This document shows positions 1-10,067 of a stretch of 28,851 bases of DNA, piece by piece. Position 1 is the first letter of the stretch. Each line of letters begins with the position of its first letter. The position numbers and the translations under genes were made by a program. Source of the stretch: Ancylonema sp. (lineage: Eukaryota). A model generated the notes under the pieces. The model was not told the origin of the DNA, ran no database searches, and saw only the letters and a list, made by a program, of their open reading frames with translations. The stretch spans positions 62,001 through 90,851 of the forward strand of contig JBFLGF010000096.1 in the NCBI GenBank assembly GCA_050230475.1. The letters run 5' to 3'.

Positions 1-324
1 ACGTGCAGAGCAGCGAGAGGGACGACGAAAAGAGGAGTCGTCGTTCTTCACTTTCACGTGCACGAAGCCTGTCCCCTCGACCTTGTGAGTCGTGCCATCG
101 GCCGTGTGGATGAAAAAGAATGCTGCATTGGGACGTTGGTGTCGTACTCGACGAAGTGGTTTCGGTTTACGAAGACGTGATCAGTCGAGCCTGAATCAAG
201 CGAAACAATCAGTTCCAGCTGCCATCGCAATCCTTGCGTCAGATGAGAATGCTGCATAAGCTAAGGATTTAGAGGCATCGAAAGGTGTGTCTGGTCTTGC
301 AGCAAGTCTAGCCTGAGAGCTTGA
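1..324 (-). pseudogene. Copia pol aspartic protease fragment, frameshifted
   Basis: After the TAA at 327-325 the gag frame continues SSSQARLAA...LAYAAFSS. Shifted frames give LDSGSTDHVFVNRNHFVEY and IHTADGTTHKVEGTGFVHVKV, both copia protease signatures. At least two frameshifts (decay or read errors). Confidence 0.8.
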
Positions 325-1320
325 TTACGGAGATTTCGAATCAGGTGCAGACAATGCCAGATCAGATTTACGCTTTAAACATTCTGCCAATGTGTGTCCA
401 AGCTGCTTATCACAGTATCTTCTGCACCTTTGGTTTCGGACTGCCAACTTCCCTGGCCAGCCGATCTTCCTCCTCCACCTTGCCGTTGCTGGCCGCAATT
501 GCGACAGCCTGTGGCCGGTCTGGTTGCAGCCATGGCACCTCATTGGCGGACGCACGGGGCAATCCGACTTCAAGTGGCCATATTGGTTGCAGCCGTAGCA
601 CTGAGTTCTCGTCAGGTCGCGACTTCCGGGAACGCCGATCCCACCTGGTCGACTTGGGCCAGCTCCGGAGCTGCCCGAGTACCCTCCCCTTCCTACGAAA
701 TCGGCCTGCTGCCCTCCCGGCAGCGCCCCTCTCTTCCGGTCGTTGCAGACCTCCCGTCGATCGCCAGCTGACAGAGTGTTGACGGCCTGAGGGATCGTGA
801 AGAGTGATGGTGCAGAAACTGCCCAGGACATCACGCTCTCCACTCGTGCGCTGTAGCGAGTGTTCAAGGAATTCAGGAAGTTAATCGTCTGCTTTGCCGG
901 CTTGACTGGCTCCCCCAGATGCCTTAGCCGATCGTGCAGCTCCTGAAGTCGCTTGACGTAATCGCTCAGCTCCTCCGCCTCTCCCATGATAATTGCCGTG
1001 AGCTCAGCTTCAGCGTTGGCAATTTCGATGGCTCCCTGAATGTCGTAGAAAGACTCCAGGGCCTCCCACATCTCTGTAGCAGTCGTGCAGTTCCTCACAT
1101 GTGTCAGCTCCCCCGTCTGGAGGTGTTTGACGATGTAGGCCATCGCAGCGATATTCTTCTTCGACCAGACCTCTCGAAGGAGAGTCTGTCGACCGATGAG
1201 CTGGGTGCGTGTTGTGATCGTTCTAGCGACGTCCGCAGCCTCCAGCGTATCGAGCTCATCCTGCGTGTGTGGTAGAAACACGACAGGCTCTTCTTGCCTC
1301 GGCGATTTTCCCCAATCCAT
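325..1320 (-). CDS. gag: Copia Gag (Retrotran_gag_2/UBN2-like core plus zinc knuckles), 331 aa ORF
   Basis: TATEMWEALESFY...IIMGEAEELSDYVKRLQELHDRLRHLGEPV...FLNSLNTRY is the typical copia gag core. CYGCNQYGHLKSDC is a canonical CX2CX4HX4C, followed by two imperfect knuckles. Confidence 0.9.
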   Translation of the reverse strand: MDWGKSPRQEEPVVFLPHTQDELDTLEAADVARTITTRTQLIGRQTLLREVWSKKNIAAMAYIVKHLQTGELTHVRNCTTATEMWEALESFYDIQGAIEIANAEAELTAIIMGEAEELSDYVKRLQELHDRLRHLGEPVKPAKQTINFLNSLNTRYSARVESVMSWAVSAPSLFTIPQAVNTLSAGDRREVCNDRKRGALPGGQQADFVGRGGYSGSSGAGPSRPGGIGVPGSRDLTRTQCYGCNQYGHLKSDCPVRPPMRCHGCNQTGHRLSQLRPATARWRRKIGWPGKLAVRNQRCRRYCDKQLGHTLAECLKRKSDLALSAPDSKSP

Positions 1321-1643
1321 AACTATGTCGTGCAGCTCCTTGTCGCCAGACCAAAAACTTGATCTTAAATGCCCACCCTTTGTAGTCTGCTCCCTGTGAA
1401 GACCGGAATGTATGACTTTTCCGTCATGTTAGGCAACAGCAGCTAAAATTCTGGTGCTTCAGCTTCCAGGCTACTTTCTTGAGCGTGTTTCGTGCAGCGC
1501 TACTCACACCTCAGTCACTGGCAGCGCAACGAAGGATTACGCGTGCAGTATACTTAATAACACCTCTACCTCAGAGTGCCTTTAGCAGCGAATTGTGTGG
1601 AATGCCTGTAGTTATTGACACAACGTCTCTAACTAGACCGCTT

Positions 1644-1657
1644 GTGGGCCCATAACC
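1644..1657 (-). other. Primer-binding site complementary to the anticodon arm of initiator tRNA-Met (half-tRNA priming)
   Basis: Minus strand GGTTATGGGCCCAC; the + strand GTGGGCCCATAACC equals the plant tRNAiMet anticodon region. It lies about 320 bp upstream of the gag ATG. Confidence 0.85.
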
Positions 1658-1881
1658 TTTTTAGGGATGTTACGTGATTGGTGTGCGAGGCAGTGTGATT
1701 CTTTCCGTACAAGGGAACTTACGTCTCTCAGAAAGTGATCAATGACAAAGTGTTGAGTTGGAAGACTAATCTTGAATGGTCGGCATCGTGTATAGGTATA
1801 CCACGATGCCTCGTCCACAACATGAATCTACAAAGCGCCGACGGTCGTATCTGCGAACCGTCGGCCTATCATAACTCAACA
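1658..1881 (-). repeat. Candidate 5' LTR of the copia element
   Basis: Lies immediately 5' of the PBS; the minus strand starts TGTTGAG at 1881. The PBS-proximal end reads CCCTAAAAA rather than ...CA, and the second LTR is outside the window. Confidence 0.45.
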
Positions 1882-2387
1882 ATAGTCAGATCCTGTCAAC
1901 GGCACACGCCGGACAGTCTGACAAAACATAACGTCTAGATTCGGAACCATCTAGACGCACGTGCTACAAACGGCACAACCGAAACGATTCGGGTGCCCGG
2001 ACATAAGTCCGCCCCTCAATCACAACCTAGGAACACTACCGGTTACACTACCGGCAGTCCGGACTCACGCTAGCAAACATGGCTATCCGATATAATTCCC
2101 ATTACCTAGTGTAAAATGGCCATATTCACTACTTAGTCAAATTTCGAAATTCGAAAATCGAAATCTGATTCGTTTGAAAATCGATTATTGAATTGTCCCG
2201 ATGCGGCACGCGTGCGCTCGCGCTTGCGACACGCGTGCGCAAATCTTGCGCACGGTGCACGCCCAAAAGGATACTCTCATCATGGTACATAGCGGATGTG
2301 TCCTAGCAGTAAACTTATGTCCTCGAATAAACGTTTGTAATCCATGTTGTAATCCATGTTTTTTCGTTTTTTTTCCTTTTTTAATTT

Positions 2388-2505
2388 GGGCTCCGAGCCG
2401 GGCTCCGGGTCAGCTCCGAGCCCGGATCTTAGGCTCCGGGCTCGGACCTTGGCTCCGGGCTCCGGGCCGCGATCTTGGGCTCGGCTCCGGCGGAGCCCGG
2501 AGCCC
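2388..2505. repeat. GGCTCCG/GAGCCC subterminal-type repeat cluster (DNA transposon fragment)
   Basis: About a dozen GGCTC(C)G / (G)AGCC(C)G motifs in both orientations; no TSD found. Confidence 0.5.
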
Positions 2506-2506
2506 A

Positions 2507-2870
2507 AAGGGTTATTGGGTACTTTCGGTAATAATTACGGTAGTAGTTGCTCTAGTAATTACGGTACTTTTACGCGTAACGTAAGATTACGTTTTTTGTT
2601 TTGGTAAATTACCAACAAGCGAAACGTGAAGTGTAAGACATGGGTAAATTACACTTACCCGTAATGTAGATAGTTTCCATGGTAAATGGTAATTGCGGTA
2701 AGATATTTAAGCACGACTTTACCGTAAATGACGATTGCGAGGATAACATCGACCTTGAATTGAAAAATGACGTTTCGCCAAAAAAAATAATGTATTTTTA
2801 CTTTTTACGAGACGTTACATCTTACGTACGAGTGTAAGTGTAAGGTGCAAACATAAAATTCACAACGCTA
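2507..2870 (-). mobile_element. Fragment of the TAGGGTTGTGAA hAT-like MITE family
   Basis: The end at 2870 reads TAGCGTTGTGAATTTTATGT on the minus strand, matching the TIR of the 14158/15492 elements. Same TTACG/CGTAA-rich interior. Other end degraded, no TSD. Confidence 0.6.
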
Positions 2871-3148
2871 GTTCCATCACCATGACCAAATTTTCTTAGG
2901 CGTTGATGGGCCTTGAATAGTGTTGGGGCCCACCCACCACTCTCATCCACCCGCGATCCGATCGGATCCGAAACCCACCCCACCCTCAGCACTTTGGCGG
3001 GTGCTATAGCGCCCATCCCCCACCTGCCCTTCAACTTCGCCCGCGATGCACCCGCCGATCCGCCAAAAGTGGCGGGTGGTATCATACCATCCGCTACTTT
3101 TGGCGGGTTATCTATACCACTCGTATAGATAATCGACAGTTTTAGTAT

Positions 3149-4102
3149 GGGGATCGTTGGCAAAACTCCGGTTTTAACTACACTGCAGCCTTGATATAAT
3201 GACACACTTTACAGTGACAATCTCGATAGAATGACTTTTTTTTTGCCCTTTTTCTAATCCTGTATGAAATTCTATTGTATATAGTGACAATTGTTATAGT
3301 GACATACGTTATAGTGACTAAAAAATCCCAGATTTTGATATCGCGATGTCACTATACGGTGAAACCTGTATAAATTGATACTCTAAAAATCAATTACGTG
3401 TCTAATATAAGAAAAATTATTCCCCCCGATTTCGGTTTTCACGCAAAAATGCGTGTAAATTAATACCCAATCTTTTTTTGTGTTCCAACGTTCGTTATGT
3501 AGACAAGTTTTAATATAGCGACGGGGGATTACAACAAACACCGTCTAGATGAGCCACCTCTCTCAAAAAAACCGGCCTAAATTTCACTTTCTCTCGATAT
3601 AGTGACATTTTCCTACTGTCGCCCTATTAAATGTCACTACACGGTGTATAGTGACAGCCCTAGCATTCGTTATCGTGACATTATTTCCCTATGTCTATAA
3701 AATTGTCACTATATCAAGACTGCACTGTAGCAACACTCCACGTAATCATATTTGCCGGCGTCGGGAGGTTTTTTTTGTGAATTTTTTTTAGTTTTTTTCG
3801 CATCCGACACGCGTGCGGAGCTCGCTTGTACGATACACGTTCCAACATCGCACATGTAACGCACGTGTGTTACACGTGCGGAATCCACCTGCTGATACCA
3901 CTAGGTGCAAGTCATGAGTTTTTTTTCGGGGTTGCGAGCCGTGGGCCGTGGGCCTGAACCGGTTCAAGCCGTGGGACTGAACCGTGCTACAGCGGGAACT
4001 TATGGAATGACCGGCTAGCTAAGCGACCGGCCCACCCGACGCCGGAAAATATGTTTGCGTGGAGTATTGCTAGTCGAAACTGGAGTGTTGCCAACGATCC
4101 CC
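3149..4102. mobile_element. Non-autonomous Mutator-like element (MULE MITE)
   Basis: About 68-bp TIR starting GGGGATCGTTGGCAA; the left copy is split by the 3181-3727 insertion. Perfect 9-bp TSD TTTTAGTAT (3140-3148 / 4103-4111). Confidence 0.9.
3181..3727. mobile_element. Tc1/mariner-type MITE inserted in the MULE TIR
   Basis: TIR CACTGCAGCCTTGATATAATGACA versus CAGTGCAGTCTTGATATAGTGACA (21/24). TA on both sides. Internal ATAGTGACA repeats. Confidence 0.88.
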
Positions 4103-4137
4103 TTTTAGTATGCCAGAAGTACGTGTGTGAATGGTTA

Positions 4138-4646
4138 CACTCAAAACTCCGATATAAAAAACTTATATATAATTAACTCCTCGCTAATTTTTATTTTTTA
4201 TCAACAATATTTTTCCTCGGTAAAACCCCCCCAATATAAGCATAAGAAACTCCGATATGAGGAACAAAAACATCCGATTCAGTGATTCGGGTTTCTTATA
4301 TAAAGTAAAACCCCTCTAAATTAGTATTCATTAATAAATATCTTCATCAATCAATACTTCTTATATTGATTTTCTCACCTGATCTCTCGCAATCTTACGC
4401 GCAAAATGCGAGTGAAAATATTATCACGAAAGTTTCTTAGGTCCTACACTTCCAAGTATTGCACGTATACATGTACAAAAAATAATATCGCACGCTTATA
4501 GATTCGACGGCATGGATGCACGTGTACAAACCTCGTTATATGAAACAGGTCTCCCATACAAAGTTTCTTATACATAGCATAAGGAACATCCTCCATAATA
4601 AACTTTTCCCCAATAATTTCATGTTTCTTATATCGGGGTTTGAGTG
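4138..4646. mobile_element. Tc1/mariner-type MITE
   Basis: TIR CACTCAAAACTCCGATATAAAAAAC versus CACTCAAACCCCGATATAAGAAAC. TA flanks at 4136-4137 and 4647-4648. Confidence 0.8.
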
Positions 4647-5389
4647 TAGTTTATTTTATGCAAAAGCTGTTGAAAATGCGCAACATTTTATTTCTAATTT
4701 CATGCGTTTCATCTCCACACAAATAAACTAGGTATTTTTTGTGTGGTCTCTTAACATGCATAGCCATAACTTGGATATCGTCGCCCAATAAATGCCACAT
4801 TGCAAAAACCATCGTTTCATGCACTTCATCGGTCGGGGCCAACCATATAAAATGGAAACGGCCACCGCCATCCACACCAAAACCCTAACACTCAACTTGC
4901 AGCTCCCTCCACAAATCTCCCGTTGGATGTACACATGATACTCTTCACATGATACTTCCGAGTAGTGTCCGTGTGGTGTATTATTTCATGTATAACAACA
5001 TCCTTGCATCAGGAAAATGTCCGAATTGTCCGGAATCCGGAAAAATCGATATCTCTTACCATATTGTCCGTTGAGTAATACAATATATGCATTTCTATTT
5101 GTATATTTACAAGTTTTCATACTCACAATGTCCATTTAACCCGCGCACCCGCCATTTTTGGGGGGTCGGCGGGTGCATCGCGTGTGGGGCGGGTGGAAGG
5201 CGGGTGAGGGGCGGATGGGGGGTGCTGGCGGGTCGAAGGCGGGTGGCGGGTCGGATTTCAACCCATCCGGGGGTGTCTGGCGGGTGGGCCCCAACACTAG
5301 CCTTGGATGGAGCTGGCGTATGGCGTACCAAACGGGGACCGCCCTGTAGAGAGGGGGTAACCCTATTAATTTCGCCGGGTGAAGTAGTA

Positions 5390-6207
5390 CAGTGCTCCCT
5401 CGATATAAGAACATAACAAACAATCAAGAAAAGTTGTCGTTATTTCGAGGTGTCTTTATACAGTGTATCACGACATTCACTACTAGATTCCAAAATGTGA
5501 GTCTTTGTGTCGAGGGACTTCGTGAATGAAGCAACGCAAATAAGTAAATTTATTGTTTACATGTTGTTGCCTAGAGTAAGGTGCCTTGGCATCATCATCT
5601 AATTTAGCGTGTATGTTGTGATGCAAGCTATACAAGTGTGCGTAGTGAAACCAATACGTTGCGACTAGCAAAATATGTTTATACAAGTTCACGAGGAGAG
5701 GTGGTGACTATTAAGGTCGTATTAAGCAACAAAGTACTTGCATATTTTGATGGACATGGAGTAAACACAATGGCCATGAAAAACAAGGACAGTGTTTGGA
5801 AGGCAAGACAAACCAGTTCTTGTCATGAAAAGAGCTACATTGATTCCAAATTGTAAACCACAAAAAAAATATACAATTTTTATACATTCCAATAAACCGA
5901 ATTTATCCAAATCCTTTGTGAACATTTTCGTGATTGGAAATAGATCGCAATATTGTCGCCAACAACTTTCAATATGGCATAAAACATGGACACATGTACC
6001 AATTCTCATCGTTATATTCTAGAAACATCGTTCTATGGACAATATAAGGACATTCACTAACAAACTTTTGAAATATTTCTTCTTACAAAGAGTCGTTATG
6101 TTTATATCGAGAACGATTTTGTATAGATTTTTAAAAAGGTAAAAATAAAACAGTTCTTATATCGAAGTTGTCCTCATGAAGAGGGTCCTGATATCGGAGC
6201 AGTGTTG
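5390..6207. mobile_element. Degenerate Tc1/mariner (pogo-like) element
   Basis: TA-flanked. Left TIR CAGTGCTCCCTCGATATAAGAAC versus right CAACACTGCTCCGATATCAGGAC (15/23). Subterminal CGATATAA motifs. Confidence 0.55.
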
Positions 6208-6210
6208 TAA

Positions 6211-6580
6211 GTGCATCTTTTATCGTCGCCCGATTCGACTAGCCCAATTCACGGCGGAACACGGCGCCACTTCAAATTGAATTTTTGAATCGGAAAAGCA
6301 AACCTTAAAAGATCTCAATTCGACTTCATGATTTTACACGTGCCGAAATCGCAATCGGGACATGAACAAAAACGATATAACGTCCCGATTCAGGTTTTGA
6401 TTCGGGACTTTCAATCACTTTTTCTCATGTCTCGATTGCGGTTTCGGCACGTGTAAAATCGAACGAGTCGAATTGAGATCCCGTAAGAACTGCTTATCCG
6501 ATTCGAAAGCCCAATTCGGACTTGCGCCGTGTTCCTCCTCGATATGGGCTACTCGAATCGGGCGGCCATAAGAAATGCTC
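6211..6580. mobile_element. Fold-back MITE, almost entirely palindromic, Tourist/PIF-like ends
   Basis: About 180-bp imperfect arms around a centre near 6395, e.g. TTTTACACGTGCCGAAATCGCAATCGGGACATGA / TCATGTCTCGATTGCGGTTTCGGCACGTGTAAAA. Ends GTGCATC.. / ..AATGCTC. TSD unclear. Confidence 0.75.
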
Positions 6581-7341
6581 AATCATTCAGAAACTCTCAT
6601 AAGTGTGACCCCAATAACGGGTAGTAGCACGAACCTTGATAAACCCCGGTTGACCCTGATTTAACCCTCAAACTATCATAAGTAACTGTGATTAAATTCC
6701 AATCAACCCTTATTGGCTTTGTTCAATCATAATATACTCATATATACATAATTATTGAACTCGATAATTGATATCATAATAATTGATCTCGCTTGATCGT
6801 GAAAAACATAACCCTAAAATACATTGTAATACATAGGAAAACCCTGATATATTCATAGATACCGTCGCAGCAGCAAAATTACCAAGTCGACCAGGATTAA
6901 TTTCCGGAAAAGTAGTTACCAATAACCGTTAGGCCATATTTAGTCCTAGGTCGCTCCTAGGGCCATAAGTCCCCGGGAGTCCCAAATGTTTGAGAGAAGT
7001 CCCGAAAGTTTCCCGGTTTTTTACGAAATCCCCGTATTTCCCGATTTCTAAGGCTTTGGATATGCTATTTAGCGGTTGCAGAGGGGGTGGGCGAATTTTT
7101 GGGCTATGGTCCATTATTTCCATCCCAGGTTTGGTGGGTCAATAAACCTCCGCGGCCACGGCTTCTCCCGTTTCCGAACACGTGGTAATGAGAGAGTTAA
7201 CCATAAATAACAAGAAAATTCACTTTGAAGAAAATACCGTTAAATCGAGGTGTCGTTTTATTGTGTGTGACGACAGTTATATGCAAATTTCGATATGAGT
7301 GTCACTATATCGAAGGAATCTACAGAAAAGGCACCTAAATG

Positions 7342-7707
7342 CATAGTTGCACGGACCGGCAAAAATGTTTTTCGGACCGCGGTTGAACCGGGTCCGGAGT
7401 CGGGACCCGGTCGGACCGGGGATATTTTAGGGTTTAATTCGCCCCCGGCAATTTCCGGGGGAAATGGACAAGTCTGGGAAATTTGAAAGAGTATATTTTT
7501 CTTTCATTTTTGCACGATGCACAAGCCCAAATAAAAAACAAAATATGTTTTTCTCGGTTTTTTTTCTCCACGGTAAACCTTTCAAATTTCCGAAGGAAAA
7601 CCTAAAAGTATCATAATACCGCCGGTCCGGCATTTTGGCCTAGAAGGACGGATCCCGGTCCGTAACCGAGACCTCGGAATCACGGTCCGCCAGTCTGTGC
7701 AACTATG
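7342..7707. mobile_element. hAT MITE
   Basis: TIR CATAGTTGCAC(G/A)GAC(C/T)GGC. Perfect 8-bp TSD CCTAAATG (7334-7341 / 7708-7715). GGACCG/CGGTCC subterminal repeats. Confidence 0.9.
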
Positions 7708-8014
7708 CCTAAATGTGCTGAAAACATGTTGAGTGCAATAATTTATTGCACCCAACATGTTGTCGTTGCTTTGGAGTAGTCGTCAAATGAAATATGTTTG
7801 TCGTGATATGTATATAAATACTTACAAATTCCAACACACTTTTTCATTAGTTGTAAAATATTTTTGTATTTCGATTGTTTAATATACGGGACAATGTTTA
7901 ACGACATTTATTAGTTTTCATTGGTTTTGAATGCCATAATTTGGAGGGTCATTATACTTATATCGAGGGAATATGGCGTAAAACCCATTTTATTCACCCC
8001 CCCCCCCTTCCTCG

Positions 8015-8120
8015 TTGGATCCGATCCGATATGGGAATTTCTGATCCGGCGCCGATCCGGATCGGTTCCAATCCGGCTCGGATTCGCATCGGGGATTGGG
8101 CGGGATCGGGCCCAACTATA
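8015..8120. mobile_element. Solo end of a hAT-like MITE
   Basis: GGATC/CCGAT repeats ending GGCCCAACTA, resembling the end of the 2918-5299 element; no partner end found. Confidence 0.45.
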
Positions 8121-10067
8121 AGTAGTACCATGGCATGTCATTGCATACATCTCGAATATATCGCGAATATCATCACATCAAGGGGAAACCGGTTTTTTCA
8201 TTTTTTGTTTTATTGAGAGTATACATCAACATTGTGGAATCTACTACTACAATTAATATTGCGTTCACGGTTTCTGATATGTACTTACTCAGTACGACAC
8301 AACAAGATAGTCAATTTGGTACCTCATGCGAAACATCAAGGTTGAATTATGTGCACCAAGCTTTGTTGCAAGTATGATGTTTTGACGCATACATATCTAT
8401 CGGGGAATCACATACACGTGTGGCATGTGCGGCCAACAATGGTACTGCTCAAAGCATGATGAAGGCCACATTCGAATACGTGCGGATCATAATCCGTCCA
8501 CACACCGTTAAGCATAGACGCAAAACATCATCATTCTATGTACACAACACATCACCACAACAATTGAAGCAAGAAGCAAAGCTATACATGCACCTTTTGA
8601 AATGACGAGTGTCCAAGGCAAAGTATTTTGTTCGGTGTTACGTTCCGCGAAGCTATACACGAAGAGATAGGCATTTCAGCCAACCAAGTGTCGCATCCAC
8701 GATGTAAGAGGCACGCAATGCACGTAGGGAAACACGTTGTTCCGGGAACGGTTTTGGATCGGACAAAGTACATGGGACTTCGTTCCTGACTACATGCTAG
8801 CACGAGGCAAATGTCAAGCCCTCTCACATGTGCGTAGCAATAACTATTTGTGTTTGTAATCTATACGAGCAATTGCCGTACAAATCATATAAACGACCTA
8901 TTAACGAGTGCTGCGTGCGGGATTTTATTAAGACTAGCAAGCCCGCGTGACTACGCTACAAGAACACATACCCTTATAATGAATCAAGGTTGTACCCGGT
9001 TAGCGCCACGATACCCGTTAACATGTCGGCAATAAGGGGACAATAAGTGTTACAATGAAAAACTGTTATCGCAATGAGAGTTCGCAACTTTTCTTTACCT
9101 CGGGGATAATTGCCTTGTGGCACATGTAAGTGCAGGTTTTTGCACATTTGATGATACACCTTTGCACCGTTTGCAATATAATTGGGACATCGTCCGCATT
9201 GGGAACAATTATGTTGTCAATTCTCCACGATTCTGACACTATATATAAACCGAGACCGTGTCCGTGTCCGGGTTCCAGTCCGGAACCGTGTTAGACCCGG
9301 ACACCGCTACCGAACAAGCAACTCGACAAAGAGCAATGTAACCCCGAGAACATGTATGTGTGTTGTCTATTTCCCCCCTCTTGGCCTTGGTGGTCTTCAA
9401 TCCAACTATGCGAATTGCTCCTTGAAAGGCCCATTTCATACTTTGAATATATAGCACCCCACAAGACCACCTTCGTTAGGAGAGTATGCAACTTCATAGA
9501 TTACCTCCCTGAAAAAATTATGAGATCTCAACTCCTCTAACCATCTACCACGTGGGCAATGTACGCAATCATGGGTCGCATCAGTCACAACCTCAAATAC
9601 CAACATCAAACAAACTTGTGGACACACGGAAAACTTTCTATGCATTCCCTCATAAACCCATCATCTTTTCGCACCTCACGCATATGGTTTCTTGCCGGAA
9701 TACTACAACATCATGCAAGCTACTACTAGCCGTACGAGGCACACAAACTAGATATCCGTTGGGTACAAACTGTACAAAATGTACACTCACAGCATCATCA
9801 CTGTAGCCTTCCAAAAAATATGAACGCATATCTTACAACGAGCCCCAACCACCCAACCCCTCAACCAACTTCCTCTCTGTCTCTCGCCAAAAGTACCAGA
9901 TCTCAGCCACTAAACAAAAGCACTCTCCTTCCACCACTGTCTGTGTCAACGCCACGTGTCACACATGTGCCACGTGGCGCACATCTCACCCACCACCCAG
10001 CAGTCCCCCCACCTCCGTCCCGATGCTCGGCCAGACAGATAGATAGGAGGGCACCGGGCTGGTGGTC

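Larger units (their letters stand above)
1..1881 (-). mobile_element. Ty1/copia LTR retrotransposon, 5' part (candidate LTR, PBS, gag, protease); degenerate and running off the window start
   Basis: Minus-strand order: candidate LTR, PBS (1657-1644), gag with CCHC knuckles, then aspartic protease motif LDSGSTDH. The outer LTR boundary is uncertain; TG...-type starts are possible at 1822, 1881 or 2079. Confidence 0.88.
2918..5299. mobile_element. Non-autonomous hAT element, host of nested insertions
   Basis: Perfect 18-bp TIR TAGTGTTGGGGCCCACCC (2918-2935 and 5282-5299). 8-bp TSD gccttgaa (2910-2917) / gccttgga (5300-5307). CCCGC/GGATC subterminal repeats. Confidence 0.85.

Noticed and set aside
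1644..1657. tRNA-Met gene
   Set aside because: Only 14 nt match and there is no cloverleaf; it is the retroelement PBS.
2201..5427. Gly/Pro/Arg-rich ORFs at 2201-2607, 2822-3205 and 5087-5427
   Set aside because: They arise from GC-rich subterminal repeats of DNA transposons.
8130..9800. Short ORFs in mixed-composition DNA downstream of TCD
   Set aside because: No recognisable motif, splice-consistent frame or TIR/TSD pair.
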